Source of the DNA: Candidatus Uhrbacteria bacterium
GTDB lineage: Bacteria > Patescibacteriota > Patescibacteriia > UBA9934 > GWF2-40-263
Assembly (NCBI GenBank): GCA_016205975.1
Contig: JACQSK010000015.1
Coordinates: 10,624-74,623, forward strand
DNA length: 64,000 nucleotides
Direction of reading: 5' to 3'
Shown here: positions 1 to 9,855 of the stretch, one piece after another
Layout: each line of letters begins with the position of its first letter
Numbering within the stretch: the first letter of the stretch is position 1
The notes under the pieces: model-generated
Seen by the model: the letters and a program-made list of their open reading frames with translations, nothing else
Database searches by the model: none
What the model was told of the DNA's origin: nothing
Made by a program: the position numbers and the translations under genes

Positions 1-743
1 TGAAAAAAATCAAGTCGACCGATTCGTCCTTGAAGGCGACGGAGGAAGTGGCGTCTATAAAGGTAACAAAGAGCGCAGAAGGCGCAGAGGGCGCAGAGGG
101 AGGAAAGGAAATTGTGAATTTGATTATCCGCGCGGACGTGCTGGGATCCTTGGAGGCCATCTTGGGCATGCTCGACAAGATTCATCACGAGGCCGTGGGG
201 GTGCGTGTGATCCAGAAAGGCTTGGGGAACATCACGGACGCAGACGTGAATACGGCTGAAGCGAGTCAGGCGATTCTGATGGGCTTCAATGTGAAGCCCA
301 GCGGCGGCGCGCAGGACTTGGCGCGCGACAAGGGCGTGGACGTGCGCGAGTACAAAATTATCTATAAACTGTTTGAGGACGTCGTGGAGGAGCTCAAGAA
401 GCGCGTGCCCTCCGAGACGGTCATCCATGAGCAGGGGCACTTCGTGGTCATGAAGAACTTCCGCAAGAGCGATCACGGATGGATCATCGGCGGGCGCGTG
501 AAGGGTGAGAAGATTTTGCCGGGGGCGAAACTTCGCTTGTCGCGTGGCGGCGAGTATATCGGCGAGGGAGTCGTGAAATCGCTACAGCTTGGGAAGGCCG
601 AGATGAAAGACGCACAGCCGGGACAGGAATGCGGGATGCTCTATGACGGCAAGATCAAACCGGAGGAAGGAGACATCTTGGAGGCGTACAGCGAAGAGCG
701 TAAAATACAATCATTCAAAATTGAAGGCGTCCATTTGCGATAA
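1..743 (+). CDS. infB: Translation initiation factor IF-2, C-terminal ~247 aa; 5' end lies outside the window (frame is open back to nt 1)
   Basis: Translation matches IF-2 C-terminal beta-barrel domains (GSLEAI...VGVRVI...GNITDADV...ECGM). No in-frame stop upstream to the window edge. Confidence 0.85.
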   Translation, partial: KKIKSTDSSLKATEEVASIKVTKSAEGAEGAEGGKEIVNLIIRADVLGSLEAILGMLDKIHHEAVGVRVIQKGLGNITDADVNTAEASQAILMGFNVKPSGGAQDLARDKGVDVREYKIIYKLFEDVVEELKKRVPSETVIHEQGHFVVMKNFRKSDHGWIIGGRVKGEKILPGAKLRLSRGGEYIGEGVVKSLQLGKAEMKDAQPGQECGMLYDGKIKPEEGDILEAYSEERKIQSFKIEGVHLR

Positions 744-746
744 CCT

Positions 747-1064
747 ATGAGCGAGCTCACTCTGACCAATGATAATTTTGAAGCCGCCGTTCTTCAGGCG
801 CACAAGCCTGTGCTAGTCGATTTTTGGGCACCCTGGTGCGGACCGTGCAAGGTCATGGGCCCAGTGGTCGAAGCACTGGCTCGCGACGTCGAAGAGATCG
901 TCGTGGGCAAGGTGAACGTGGACGAAAATAGCGAGATCGCGCAGAAGTACAACATCCTTTCCATCCCGACGTTTATGATCTTCAAAGGCGGCCAGGTCGT
1001 GGAACAGTTTTCCGGCTCCATGAGCCATGACCAGCTGCGCGCGAAAGTTGAGAAGTATTTGTGA
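747..1064 (+). CDS. trxA: Thioredoxin
   Basis: WCGPC active-site motif in a 105-aa thioredoxin-fold protein. Confidence 0.92.
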   Translation: MSELTLTNDNFEAAVLQAHKPVLVDFWAPWCGPCKVMGPVVEALARDVEEIVVGKVNVDENSEIAQKYNILSIPTFMIFKGGQVVEQFSGSMSHDQLRAKVEKYL

Positions 1065-1999
1065 ACACAGAAAACCTCATTATCATCGGCTCGGGCCCGG
1101 CGGGCTACACGGCGGCGATTTATGCGGCGCGAGCGGAGTTGAAGCCGCTGTTGTTTGAGGGCGAGCGTCTGGGAGGCAATCCCGGGGGCCAGCTCATGCT
1201 CACCACGGACGTTGAAAATTTTCCTGGATTTCCAGACGGCTTGCTTGGGCCTGAGATGATGGAGAAGTTTAAGAAGCAAGCCGAGCGATTTGGCACGCGG
1301 ATTGTTTCCGAGGATGTAACCCGCGTGGATTTTTCAAAGACGCCCCTCAGCGTTCAGACGGCCAGCGGGGCCTATGCGGCTCATGCCGTCATCATTGCCA
1401 CGGGCGCCGGCGCCCTCTGGCTTGGCGTCCCGGGTGAGCAAACCTATCAAGGCCATGGCGTCAGTGCGTGCGCGACTTGCGACGGGTTCTTTTTTAAGGA
1501 TAAGCACGTGCTGGTCGTGGGCGGGGGAGACGCGGCCATGGAGGAGGCGACGTTTCTGACGAAGTTTGCGAGCCGAGTCACCGTCTTGGTACGCAAGGAC
1601 TCGCTGCGCGCTTCCAAGATCATGCAAGAGCGCGCGCAGAAAGACCCGAAGATTTCTTTTGCGTGGAACACGGAAGTGAAAGAAGTCTTGGGGGACGGAA
1701 AAAAGATGACCGGCGTGCGCGTGCTCAACAACAAGACGAACGAAGAAGGCGAGATGACGGCCGACGGTCTGTTTGTCGCGATCGGTCATAAGCCGAACTC
1801 AGAGATTTTTAAGGGTCAGATCGAGCTGGACGCGAAGGGCTATGTGGTGACGAAACCTGGCACGAGTGCCACGAGCGTCGAAGGCGTGTTCGCCGGCGGC
1901 GACGTCGCCGACTACCGCTATCGCCAAGCCGTTACGGCCGCAGGCACCGGCTGCATGGCAGCTCTGGACGCCGAGAAGTGGCTCGCCGCGCGGGAGTGA
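1061..1999 (+). CDS. trxB: Thioredoxin-disulfide reductase
   Basis: GSGPAGYTAA FAD-binding motif, CATCDGFF redox cysteines, GGGDAAMEEA NADPH motif. 4-nt overlap with trxA. Confidence 0.92.
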   Translation: MNTENLIIIGSGPAGYTAAIYAARAELKPLLFEGERLGGNPGGQLMLTTDVENFPGFPDGLLGPEMMEKFKKQAERFGTRIVSEDVTRVDFSKTPLSVQTASGAYAAHAVIIATGAGALWLGVPGEQTYQGHGVSACATCDGFFFKDKHVLVVGGGDAAMEEATFLTKFASRVTVLVRKDSLRASKIMQERAQKDPKISFAWNTEVKEVLGDGKKMTGVRVLNNKTNEEGEMTADGLFVAIGHKPNSEIFKGQIELDAKGYVVTKPGTSATSVEGVFAGGDVADYRYRQAVTAAGTGCMAALDAEKWLAARE

Positions 2000-2000
2000 T

Positions 2001-3191
2001 ATGGCTCTGCACCCGGACGTGAAAAAGTATTATGTCTTCCGTGCGCTCTTGAAGCGTTTCATTCTCCCTATTCTTGTCCTGTACGGACTGGATCGCGGAC
2101 TCACGCTGAGCGAACTGTCGCTCATCGCCGCGGTCGGGTCCGTTCTTTCGTTTGTGCTGGAGGTTCCCAGCGGCGCGCTCGCGGATCGCTTTGGCCACAG
2201 ACGGGCGCTCGTCCTGTCCATGTTCGGCCAGGCGCTCTCGATGTTTCTGTATCTGGGCGGCTCATTTTGGTGGATCCTCCTTGGGACCACAACCTACTTC
2301 GGGTTCAGCACGCTCATGACCGGCACAGCCGAGGCCTTTTTCTATGAACGCGTAAAACAGCTTGACCTCACCGATCAGCACGCCAAGCTCTACGGCGCGG
2401 GGAAAGGGTTCGCCACGGGCGTGAGCATTCTCTCCATGCTCTTGGCCGGCGTTTTTTATGAGATCGCTTGGGAGCTCCCATTTGTGATCGGCATTCTGCA
2501 ATTTCTCGTTGCGGCATGGGTGATTTCCTCCATGGGGAACACGCACGACGAGATCTCGGTTCAAAAAAAGGAGGCGAAGCAGACGACAATCCTCAGGCAC
2601 TTTTCATCGGCGTTTCATGAGGTGTGGAAGCGGCCAGAATTATTTTGGATGATCGTGGCAAGCGCGCTCATCATGGGTCCGCTCTTTGCCGTGGGAGATT
2701 TTCAACAAGCGGTAATGAGCGACGTCGGTCTCTCTGCTTCCTTGATCGGAGTCGTCTATGCCATCAAGCGCGGCCTCTCTGTCCTCGTTCAAGGTTCGAC
2801 GCATCAGCTCATGAGGTTTATGCGTCCTCCCCTATTTCTTTTGGTGAGCGCCATGATCATGGTTGTCCATTACGTCGGAGTCGGCCTCATTGAGGATCCG
2901 TGGCTCATCCAAGCACCGCTCCTCATCGGTTCCCTCGCGTGGGTTGGATTGGAAATAGCCGTCAACGACTACATCAATCGTTCCACAGAAACGTCTTCGC
3001 GCGCCACGCTGCTCTCGATGAATAATTTTTTTCGCAGCCTCGTCTCGGTTTTTACGATCGCGCTGTTTGGCTTCATCACGACTCCTGCCCCTGCCGCGCA
3101 CGGGTTTCTCGTGTTGGGAATCGTCTTCTCCGTCCTGTTGGTCATTCCGCTCGTGATGCTATTCAGGCAGAAAAGAGCGTTCGTAAGTTGA
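2001..3191 (+). CDS. MFS-family transporter (about 12 TM helices)
   Basis: Hydrophobic multi-helix protein. ATG at 2001 directly follows the trxB stop; the longer track ORF from 1866 overlaps trxB and was shortened. Confidence 0.7.
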   Translation: MALHPDVKKYYVFRALLKRFILPILVLYGLDRGLTLSELSLIAAVGSVLSFVLEVPSGALADRFGHRRALVLSMFGQALSMFLYLGGSFWWILLGTTTYFGFSTLMTGTAEAFFYERVKQLDLTDQHAKLYGAGKGFATGVSILSMLLAGVFYEIAWELPFVIGILQFLVAAWVISSMGNTHDEISVQKKEAKQTTILRHFSSAFHEVWKRPELFWMIVASALIMGPLFAVGDFQQAVMSDVGLSASLIGVVYAIKRGLSVLVQGSTHQLMRFMRPPLFLLVSAMIMVVHYVGVGLIEDPWLIQAPLLIGSLAWVGLEIAVNDYINRSTETSSRATLLSMNNFFRSLVSVFTIALFGFITTPAPAAHGFLVLGIVFSVLLVIPLVMLFRQKRAFVS

Positions 3192-3216
3192 CATAGAATT
3201 GAACGTCAAATAATAT
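3188..3216 (+). promoter_or_regulatory. Sigma70-like promoter (TTGACA-17-TAATAT) for TA module 1; near-leaderless ATG at 3225
   Basis: Consensus -35/-10 hexamers with a 17-nt spacer seen directly. Overlapping TTGACAT/ATGTCAG inverted repeat may be the operator. Confidence 0.45.
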
Positions 3217-3224
3217 GTCAGCAT

Positions 3225-3500
3225 ATGTATCCTATTCCACGCACCTTTTCGACCAGGGACCTCCAGAGACAGTATCGTTCCATTATTGATTCAGCCAAGC
3301 AGACAAAAGAGGCCGTCGTGCTCATCAACAACAGCACACCCGAGGCGGTCTTGCTGGATGTAGAAACGTACAACCAGCTTGTCCAGGACGACTATGCGTG
3401 GGACGAATCTTTTGTTCTCAAACAAGTAGCGCAGGCAAACAAATCATCGCGCGGAGGCAAATCCAAAAAACTGACCTCCTGGGGCGATCTTGACGACTAA
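3225..3500 (+). CDS. Phd/YefM-family type II antitoxin
   Basis: N-terminal pattern RTFSTRDLQRQYRSIIDSAKQTKEAVVLINNSTPEAVLLDVETYNQL matches the Phd/YefM fold. Sits 4 nt upstream of a RelE-like toxin gene. Confidence 0.7.
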   Translation: MYPIPRTFSTRDLQRQYRSIIDSAKQTKEAVVLINNSTPEAVLLDVETYNQLVQDDYAWDESFVLKQVAQANKSSRGGKSKKLTSWGDLDD

Positions 3501-3503
3501 GCT

Positions 3504-3773
3504 ATGCCGGTCGTCATTCTATACACGCCGGAGTTTAAACGTGATTACAAAAAACTTTCAGGAGCGTTGCAAGAGTTGCTTAAGAAAAAAGGACGCGTTT
3601 TTGAGATCGAGCCATTTCATCCACTCCTGCGCACGCACAAACTTTCAGGGAAACTCCGTGACCTCTGGTCATTTTCTTTGGATTATCGCTGTCGCGTGAT
3701 TTTTCATTTTCGAGGTCAGGGTGAAGTTGAACTCCTGCGCGTTGGCGACCATTCGATTTATCGAAAGAAGTAG
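3504..3773 (+). CDS. RelE/YafQ-family mRNA-interferase toxin (paralog 1)
   Basis: HKLSGKLRDLWSFSLDYRCRVIFH...LLRVGDHSIY signature. Paralogous to the ORFs at 27645 and 31949. Confidence 0.75.
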   Translation: MPVVILYTPEFKRDYKKLSGALQELLKKKGRVFEIEPFHPLLRTHKLSGKLRDLWSFSLDYRCRVIFHFRGQGEVELLRVGDHSIYRKK

Positions 3774-3814
3774 CGGACGAAAGACGACAGGATCAACTGA
3801 AAGCGGGAGATTTT

Positions 3815-4378
3815 TTGGCCACGCGTGCGTCTCTTGCTTTTTTTTCAGATGAGGTGTATCACAGGCTCACAGAGTCATCCTCTCTGTTCCACCATTTCCT
3901 TCCGAGGTCAACCGTGTCTTCACAAGACGACCGTGTGTCACCAGACACGTGGCTCGATCGGTGGGGACACCCTATCCTCTGGATGGGTCCCTACATCGCG
4001 ATCGTGTCACTCCTTGCTTGGACCCCGCGCTTGGCGCCTCTGCTCCTGGGCGTCGAGCTCGTGCAGTTCACCGTGCACGTGCAAGCTCGCCATGTGTCCC
4101 ACCCCATGGCTCCTGTCTCGTTTCTGTTCATGGCCCTAGGAGCCGCGATCGTCGTCCTGGGATCGCTCGTGTTCCCTCTCATCTGGGCGAGCGCCCTGCT
4201 CGTCGTGAGCCAGGTGCTGTTCAGCCAGAGCGTGCACGTGAACACCCATGGTCCCGCACCCCGATGGCTCTGGTACCAGCCCGTCATGTATACACTCGTC
4301 AGCCTCTACGCTCTTTGGGGCATGGCCGGCACGACCTACGTCCCTGGTCACCCATCCCTGCGAGGCTTCCTGCTCTAG
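3815..4378 (+). CDS. Possible small integral membrane protein (3-4 TM helices); coding status uncertain
   Basis: Only the C-terminal ~130 aa are hydrophobic. Very GC-rich region with several overlapping ORFs on both strands and no recognisable family. Confidence 0.2.
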   Translation: MATRASLAFFSDEVYHRLTESSSLFHHFLPRSTVSSQDDRVSPDTWLDRWGHPILWMGPYIAIVSLLAWTPRLAPLLLGVELVQFTVHVQARHVSHPMAPVSFLFMALGAAIVVLGSLVFPLIWASALLVVSQVLFSQSVHVNTHGPAPRWLWYQPVMYTLVSLYALWGMAGTTYVPGHPSLRGFLL

Positions 4379-4423
4379 ACCGAGCAGGATTTTTTTGCAA
4401 AATGGAAACGGAAGCCCTATCCT

Positions 4424-5653
4424 ATGAGCACTATGCCAACGCCATTTGAACACGCCATGCATCAGCTCGCACGCGCCGCGTCGCTCGCTTCCTTCTCTCA
4501 AGATTTTCTTGAACGCGTCGCGCACCCCAACCGTCAGATCCGTGTTTCGATTCCGGTGAAGATGGACGACGGAAGCCTGAAGGTCTATGAGGGGTATCGC
4601 GTGCAGTTCAACAATGCGCGCGGGCCCTACAAGGGCGGCATCCGCTATCATCAAGAGACCGACATCGAGGAAGTGAAGGCGCTCGCGTTTTGGATGGCGC
4701 TCAAGTGCGCGGTCGTGAATATTCCGATGGGTGGAGGCAAGGGCGGCGTGAATGTAGATCCCAAGGGGCTCTCCAAGCGCGAGCTCGAGGCACTGTCGCG
4801 AGGGTGGATGCGCGCGCTCGTGGACGTCGTGGGACCGCAAAAAGATGTCCCCGCGCCCGACGTGAACACGACGCCTGAGATCATGGCGTGGATGGCCGAC
4901 GAGTTTGGCAAGGCAACAGGGGATACAAGCGGCGCGGTCATCACGGGGAAACCGTTGGAGGCTGGAGGGTCAGAAGGCCGTGGGACCGCGACCGCGCAAG
5001 GAGGGTTCTATGTGTTTGAAGCTCTGAGGGAGAGGCTCGGCCTTCCGGCGTCGTGTCGCGTGGCGATTCATGGATTCGGCAACGCGGGAGAGCACGCGGC
5101 TGACATTTGGAGCAAGGCCGGGCGCAAGGTCGTGGCCGTGTCGGACTCGAAGGCGTGCGTGCGTAACGATGATGGTTTGGATGTCGTCGCACTTGCTCGG
5201 CATAAAAAAGCAACAGGATCTGTCGGCGGGTTTGTCGGCGCCACGACGCTCGCTCCGGAAGAGGTCTTGTACGTCCCATGCGACCTCTTGATTCCAGCCG
5301 CTCTAGAAAATCAAATCCGCGCGGACAACGTTGCGCGTATCCAAGCCAAAGCGATCCTTGAACTTGCCAATGGTCCCACGACTCCGGAGGCAGACGACGC
5401 GCTTTTCGCGCGCGGTGTTCCCGTGGTGCCCGACATTCTGGCCAACTCCGGCGGCGTGACCGTCTCGACGTTTGAGTGGGAACAGAATCTCAAGGGCGAG
5501 CACTGGAGCGAGGCAGATGTTTTTGAGAAGTTAAAGGCGATCATGGTGCGCGAGGCCGACGGCATTTTTGTTCGCGCGCAGTCGCTCCAGAGTGATCTGC
5601 GCCGCGCCGCGTTCGTGGTTGCCCTTGAGCGGATCGAGTCGGCTATGGTTTAA
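4424..5653 (+). CDS. gdh: Glutamate dehydrogenase (Glu/Leu/Phe/Val dehydrogenase family)
   Basis: KGGIRYH and PMGGGKGG motifs and a C-terminal NAD(P) Rossmann fold. Confidence 0.9.
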   Translation: MSTMPTPFEHAMHQLARAASLASFSQDFLERVAHPNRQIRVSIPVKMDDGSLKVYEGYRVQFNNARGPYKGGIRYHQETDIEEVKALAFWMALKCAVVNIPMGGGKGGVNVDPKGLSKRELEALSRGWMRALVDVVGPQKDVPAPDVNTTPEIMAWMADEFGKATGDTSGAVITGKPLEAGGSEGRGTATAQGGFYVFEALRERLGLPASCRVAIHGFGNAGEHAADIWSKAGRKVVAVSDSKACVRNDDGLDVVALARHKKATGSVGGFVGATTLAPEEVLYVPCDLLIPAALENQIRADNVARIQAKAILELANGPTTPEADDALFARGVPVVPDILANSGGVTVSTFEWEQNLKGEHWSEADVFEKLKAIMVREADGIFVRAQSLQSDLRRAAFVVALERIESAMV

Positions 5654-5663
5654 TTGATCCGTT

Positions 5664-7979
5664 ATGCCCTACAACCATCAAGAGATTGAAAAGAAATGGC
5701 AGGATCGCTGGGAAGCGAGCGGGATTTTTCATGCGCATGACGGAGGCGAGAAACAGAAGTTTTACTGTTTGATCGAGTTTCCCTATCCGTCTGGTGCCGG
5801 CCTGCACATCGGGCATCCGCGCAGTTACACGGCGCTCGATGTCGTTGCGCGCAAGAGGCGTCATCAGGGGTATAACGTCTTGTACCCGATCGGTTGGGAT
5901 GCGTTTGGACTCCCGACCGAAAATTACGCGATCAAGCACAAACGCAAGCCGCAGGAGGTGACGCTCGAGAACGTCGCAACGTTCAGGCGCCAGCTCCAGT
6001 CGCTCGGGTTTTCTTTTGACTGGTCACGCGAAGTGAACACGACGGATCCCAGCTATTACAAGTGGACGCAGTGGATGTTCCTTCAGTTTTTCAAGGCCGG
6101 ACTTGCGTACAAGTCCAAACAGCCGATCAACTGGTGCCTGTCGTGCAAGATCGGACTCGCGAACGAGGAAGTCGTAAACGGGAAGTGCGAGCGCTGCGGG
6201 GGAGAGACGGAGAAGCGCGACAAGGAGCAGTGGATGATCGCGATTACGAAGTATGCGGAGCGACTCCTTGAAGATCTCGACGGGGTTGACTATCTCGAGA
6301 AGATCAAAACGCAGCAGCGCAACTGGATTGGAAAGAGCGAAGGCGCGGAGATTGATTTTGTGCTCAATGTCCCAGGGCAAGAATCAGGCAAACAGAAGGT
6401 GACCGTCTTTACCACGCGCGCGGACACTATTTTTGGCGCGACGTTCTTGGTGATCTCGCCGGAGGTCGCCAAGCAGTGGATCGATGTCGGTTGGGTGGCG
6501 CCAGCGTCCGTGCGTGAGTATGTGCAGGAGGCGCTCTCTCGCGCCGAGATGGAACGTGCAGCCGAAGGCAAAGAGAAGACAGGCGTGGACACTCAAATCG
6601 TCGCGATCCATCCTGCCAACGGAAAAGCAATCCCCGTGTGGGTCGCCGATTACGTCTTAGGGAGTTACGGGACAGGGGCGATCATGGCTGTCCCTCAGCA
6701 CGACGAGCGTGACCGAGCGTTTGCCGAGCAGTTCCGTTTACCGATCGCGGACGAGCCGCTTGCGGCTGTTGATGAAGTCGTGGAGAAAGTCGGTGGAAAA
6801 AAAACCGTGAAGTACAAACTCCGCGACTGGGTGTTTTCGCGACAGCGCTACTGGGGTGAACCGATCCCGCTTGTGTGGTGTGAGAAACATCAGTGGGTCG
6901 CGGTACCCGATGAGCAACTTCCTGTTGTCCTGCCAGAGGTCGAGAAGTACGAACCGACCGATACGGGAGAGTCACCGCTTGCCGCGATGACCGACTGGGT
7001 CAACACGACCTGTCCGACGTGTGGCGGGCCAGCCCGTCGAGAGACGGACACGATGCCTAACTGGGCTGGTTCGAGTTGGTACTTTTTGCGCTACATCGAT
7101 GCACACAACGATCAGGCGTTCGCGTCGCGGGACAAGCTCAAGTATTGGATGCCGGTGGATCTCTACAACGGCGGCAATGAGCACACGACACTTCACCTGC
7201 TGTACTCCCGATTCTGGAACAAGTTTTTATTCGACCAAGGCCACGTCCCAACCAGTGAGCCGTATGCGCGCCGCCACAGCCACGGACTCGTGCTTGCAAG
7301 CGACGGGATCAAGATGAGCAAGTCCAAAGGAAACGGTGTGGATCCAGATGAGATCATCACCCAGTATGGCGCCGACGCCCTGCGCATGTATATCCTTTTC
7401 ATGGGTCCGTTTGAGGAGCCGGTGCCGTGGAGTTTGAACGGGCTTATCGGCGTGCGCCGATTTTTGGATAAGGTTGAGCGGTATGTACAAGCATGGGTCC
7501 CATCGGACCATGATGGCCTATCTGGCGCAGGTCTCTTAGAGCGCAGTCTTAAGAAAATCTCCGACGACATCGAAAGTTTTAAGTTCAACACAGCCGTGTC
7601 CGCCTTCATGTCGCTCTTCAATGCGATCGCCGTGAGTCACATCACGCGCGAGCAGCTCAAAAAGATTCTCGTCGTGCTTGGACCGTTCGCTCCGCACCTC
7701 GCCAACGAGTGCTGGGAGAAAATAGGCGAGGGCGGACTCGTCGAGGAACAGGCCTGGCCAGAGTTCGACGCGCGCCTTTTGGTTCAAGACGAAATCGAAA
7801 TAGCGGTGCAGGTGAACGGCAAAGCGCGCGCAACGATTCAAATCTCACCCAACGCTGACGAAGCCGCGGCCAAACAACTCGCGCTCGCACAAGAGAAAGT
7901 CCAGAAGCACCTGGAAGGCAGGGAGATCGTGCAGATCATCTACGTGCCAGGTCGGATTTTGAACATCGTCATCAAGTGA
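5664..7979 (+). CDS. leuS: Leucyl-tRNA synthetase (compact, 771 aa)
   Basis: HIGH-type motif (HIGHPRSY) and KMSKS motif. Overall class I LeuRS architecture. Confidence 0.92.
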   Translation: MPYNHQEIEKKWQDRWEASGIFHAHDGGEKQKFYCLIEFPYPSGAGLHIGHPRSYTALDVVARKRRHQGYNVLYPIGWDAFGLPTENYAIKHKRKPQEVTLENVATFRRQLQSLGFSFDWSREVNTTDPSYYKWTQWMFLQFFKAGLAYKSKQPINWCLSCKIGLANEEVVNGKCERCGGETEKRDKEQWMIAITKYAERLLEDLDGVDYLEKIKTQQRNWIGKSEGAEIDFVLNVPGQESGKQKVTVFTTRADTIFGATFLVISPEVAKQWIDVGWVAPASVREYVQEALSRAEMERAAEGKEKTGVDTQIVAIHPANGKAIPVWVADYVLGSYGTGAIMAVPQHDERDRAFAEQFRLPIADEPLAAVDEVVEKVGGKKTVKYKLRDWVFSRQRYWGEPIPLVWCEKHQWVAVPDEQLPVVLPEVEKYEPTDTGESPLAAMTDWVNTTCPTCGGPARRETDTMPNWAGSSWYFLRYIDAHNDQAFASRDKLKYWMPVDLYNGGNEHTTLHLLYSRFWNKFLFDQGHVPTSEPYARRHSHGLVLASDGIKMSKSKGNGVDPDEIITQYGADALRMYILFMGPFEEPVPWSLNGLIGVRRFLDKVERYVQAWVPSDHDGLSGAGLLERSLKKISDDIESFKFNTAVSAFMSLFNAIAVSHITREQLKKILVVLGPFAPHLANECWEKIGEGGLVEEQAWPEFDARLLVQDEIEIAVQVNGKARATIQISPNADEAAAKQLALAQEKVQKHLEGREIVQIIYVPGRILNIVIK

Positions 7980-7980
7980 T

Positions 7981-8589
7981 ATGTCTGAGCAGCCACGCTC
8001 GTTTCAGGAATACCATACGAAGCGGTTTGCCGCGCCCGAGCTTCCATTGCCGGAGCGCCAACCGGTCCGCGAGGAGTCGGATGGAATGAAGGTCTTTCAG
8101 GCGCATCCTCCTGAGGCGTATATCGCGCATCTTGAGCGCGTGCAGGGAGAAGGGGCGGTTGAGGCCTTTCAACAAGTTCTCTCCGTGGCTCGTAGCATTC
8201 AAGGAGCCGGTGGGCGGGCGCTGCTTGTCGGTGGGTCTGTTCGCGACGAGGTGCTCGGGATGCCTTCAAAAGATTTCGACATCGAAGTCTACGGGATCGA
8301 GCCGTCCAAGCTTGAGTTGCTTTTGGCGCGATGTGGCCGCGTGGATTCTGTGGGCCGGGCGTTCGGGATCCTCAAGTTGGTTTCAACGGATGGGTTAGAT
8401 TTGGACTTCTCCATTCCCCGTCGTGATTCTAAAGTGGCGGAAGGTCATAAGGGTTTTGACGTGAACATGGATCCAGACATGAGTATCCTGGAAGCCGCCC
8501 GAAGGAGAGACTTAAGGGGTTCGTCATCGCCATCTCATGTACGCCGCGCTCTGCCACGATCTCGGCAAACCTCTCACGACGAAGTTTGA
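7981..8589 (+). CDS. cca: CCA tRNA nucleotidyltransferase, head (pol-beta nucleotidyltransferase) domain ORF
   Basis: GGSVRDEVLG...DFDIEV nucleotidyltransferase motif and RRD motif, preceded by a ~70-aa N-terminal extension. The ORF runs out of homology right after RRDL. Confidence 0.65.
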   Translation: MSEQPRSFQEYHTKRFAAPELPLPERQPVREESDGMKVFQAHPPEAYIAHLERVQGEGAVEAFQQVLSVARSIQGAGGRALLVGGSVRDEVLGMPSKDFDIEVYGIEPSKLELLLARCGRVDSVGRAFGILKLVSTDGLDLDFSIPRRDSKVAEGHKGFDVNMDPDMSILEAARRRDLRGSSSPSHVRRALPRSRQTSHDEV

Positions 8590-9175
8590 AGACGGACGAT
8601 TGCGTTCCAAGGCGCACGAGCCTGCCGGGGAGGAGCCGACCCGAACGCTATTGGCGCGGTTGGGAGTGAAAAAAGAAGAGATCGATGGGATCGTTGGTTT
8701 GGTGAAAGAACATCTCTGGCCGGGAGTGACCTACCGCGCGTTCCAGAAAGGGGAAAAGGTGACCGAAGGCGCTTTCCATCGTCTTGCCAAGCGTCTTGCT
8801 CCCGCCACCATTGAAGATCTGACGTACGTCATGGAGGCGGACGCCGGAGGACGCGGCCCGTTTCTTCATCCAGATTTGCCAGACCAACTTCTGCTGCCGT
8901 TCCCAGACCAAGCGGGCGCGTGGACGCGAGAGCAAGCTCGAGCGTTTGGCGTAGACCGGACAAAGCCGGCGCCCGTCCTTCAGGGTCGAGATCTATTAGG
9001 ACTCGGGTTGAAAGCGGGAACGGCGTTTGGTGAGATCATCGCCCTTGCAGAAGAGCTTCGCGATCGTGGGGTCACAAGAGAACAGATTTTGTTGCGGCTC
9101 GATGGGGTGGCTGGGAGTGACGAAGCGAAACAACGCTTAACGAAAGAGTATGAGCAAAGTGCCGATCAAGGCTAA
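8537..9175 (+). CDS. cca: CCA-enzyme HD (phosphohydrolase) domain ORF; different frame, overlaps the head ORF by 53 nt
   Basis: Starts at the LCHDLGKP HD motif and aligns to the C-terminal half of class II CCA enzymes. Frame 2 opens at a TAA at 8513-8515. Confidence 0.6.
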   Translation: MYAALCHDLGKPLTTKFEDGRLRSKAHEPAGEEPTRTLLARLGVKKEEIDGIVGLVKEHLWPGVTYRAFQKGEKVTEGAFHRLAKRLAPATIEDLTYVMEADAGGRGPFLHPDLPDQLLLPFPDQAGAWTREQARAFGVDRTKPAPVLQGRDLLGLGLKAGTAFGEIIALAEELRDRGVTREQILLRLDGVAGSDEAKQRLTKEYEQSADQG

Positions 9176-9719
9176 AAAAGTTTTTGACGGCGTGATCTTC
9201 GACGTCTACCAGTGGCCTCAGAAAATGTTCGACGGGACTGAGCAGACGTTCGAGCGGCTCAAACGTCAGGACACGGCAGAGATGATCGTCACCCAGGGTG
9301 ATCGCATCTTGATTCAGGCGGAAGAGCAGCCGGATCGCGCGCCGTTCCTCACGTTTCCCGGCGGGAGAGTCGAGGACAGGGAAGAGCCGCTTGCGGCCGC
9401 CAAGCGGGAACTCCTGGAGGAGACGGGTTTTGTTTCAGATGCATGGACATTGCATCAGGCCGTGATGCCCTTGGTAAAAATCGACTGGACGGTTTATCTG
9501 TTCATCGCCCAAGAAGCGCGTCAGGTGCAAGAACCGCATCTGGACGCGGGGGAAAAGATTTCTGTGCGGTGGGTGACGTTCGATGCATTTCTCGATCTCG
9601 CTGACTCGGGGGAGCTCACGTACTTTCTCGAACCGTTCCGCACCGAGCTCGTCCGCGCCAAGTATCACGCCCCGAGTCGGGAGGCGTTGCGGCGAAAATT
9701 ATTCACAGAATCGCCTTGA
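9150..9719 (+). CDS. NUDIX hydrolase
   Basis: Nudix box GGRVEDREEPLAAAKRELLEETG. Confidence 0.8.
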   Translation: MSKVPIKAKKVFDGVIFDVYQWPQKMFDGTEQTFERLKRQDTAEMIVTQGDRILIQAEEQPDRAPFLTFPGGRVEDREEPLAAAKRELLEETGFVSDAWTLHQAVMPLVKIDWTVYLFIAQEARQVQEPHLDAGEKISVRWVTFDAFLDLADSGELTYFLEPFRTELVRAKYHAPSREALRRKLFTESP

Positions 9720-9855
9720 CGCTCAATTCGTTTTGTGATGGAATAGGTCTAGGCAGGTGAGGGTTTCCCTTCATTCTGTTGTCAAATAAATTCCTCCAAC
9801 TAAAAGGCCGCTTGGTCTTTGGCGTTGGGGGTTTTTATTTATCCCGGATCAACAC

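Noticed and set aside
1866-2000. 5' extension of the MFS transporter ORF overlapping trxB
   Set aside because: It overlaps the well-supported trxB 3' end. An ATG at 2001 sits immediately after the trxB stop.
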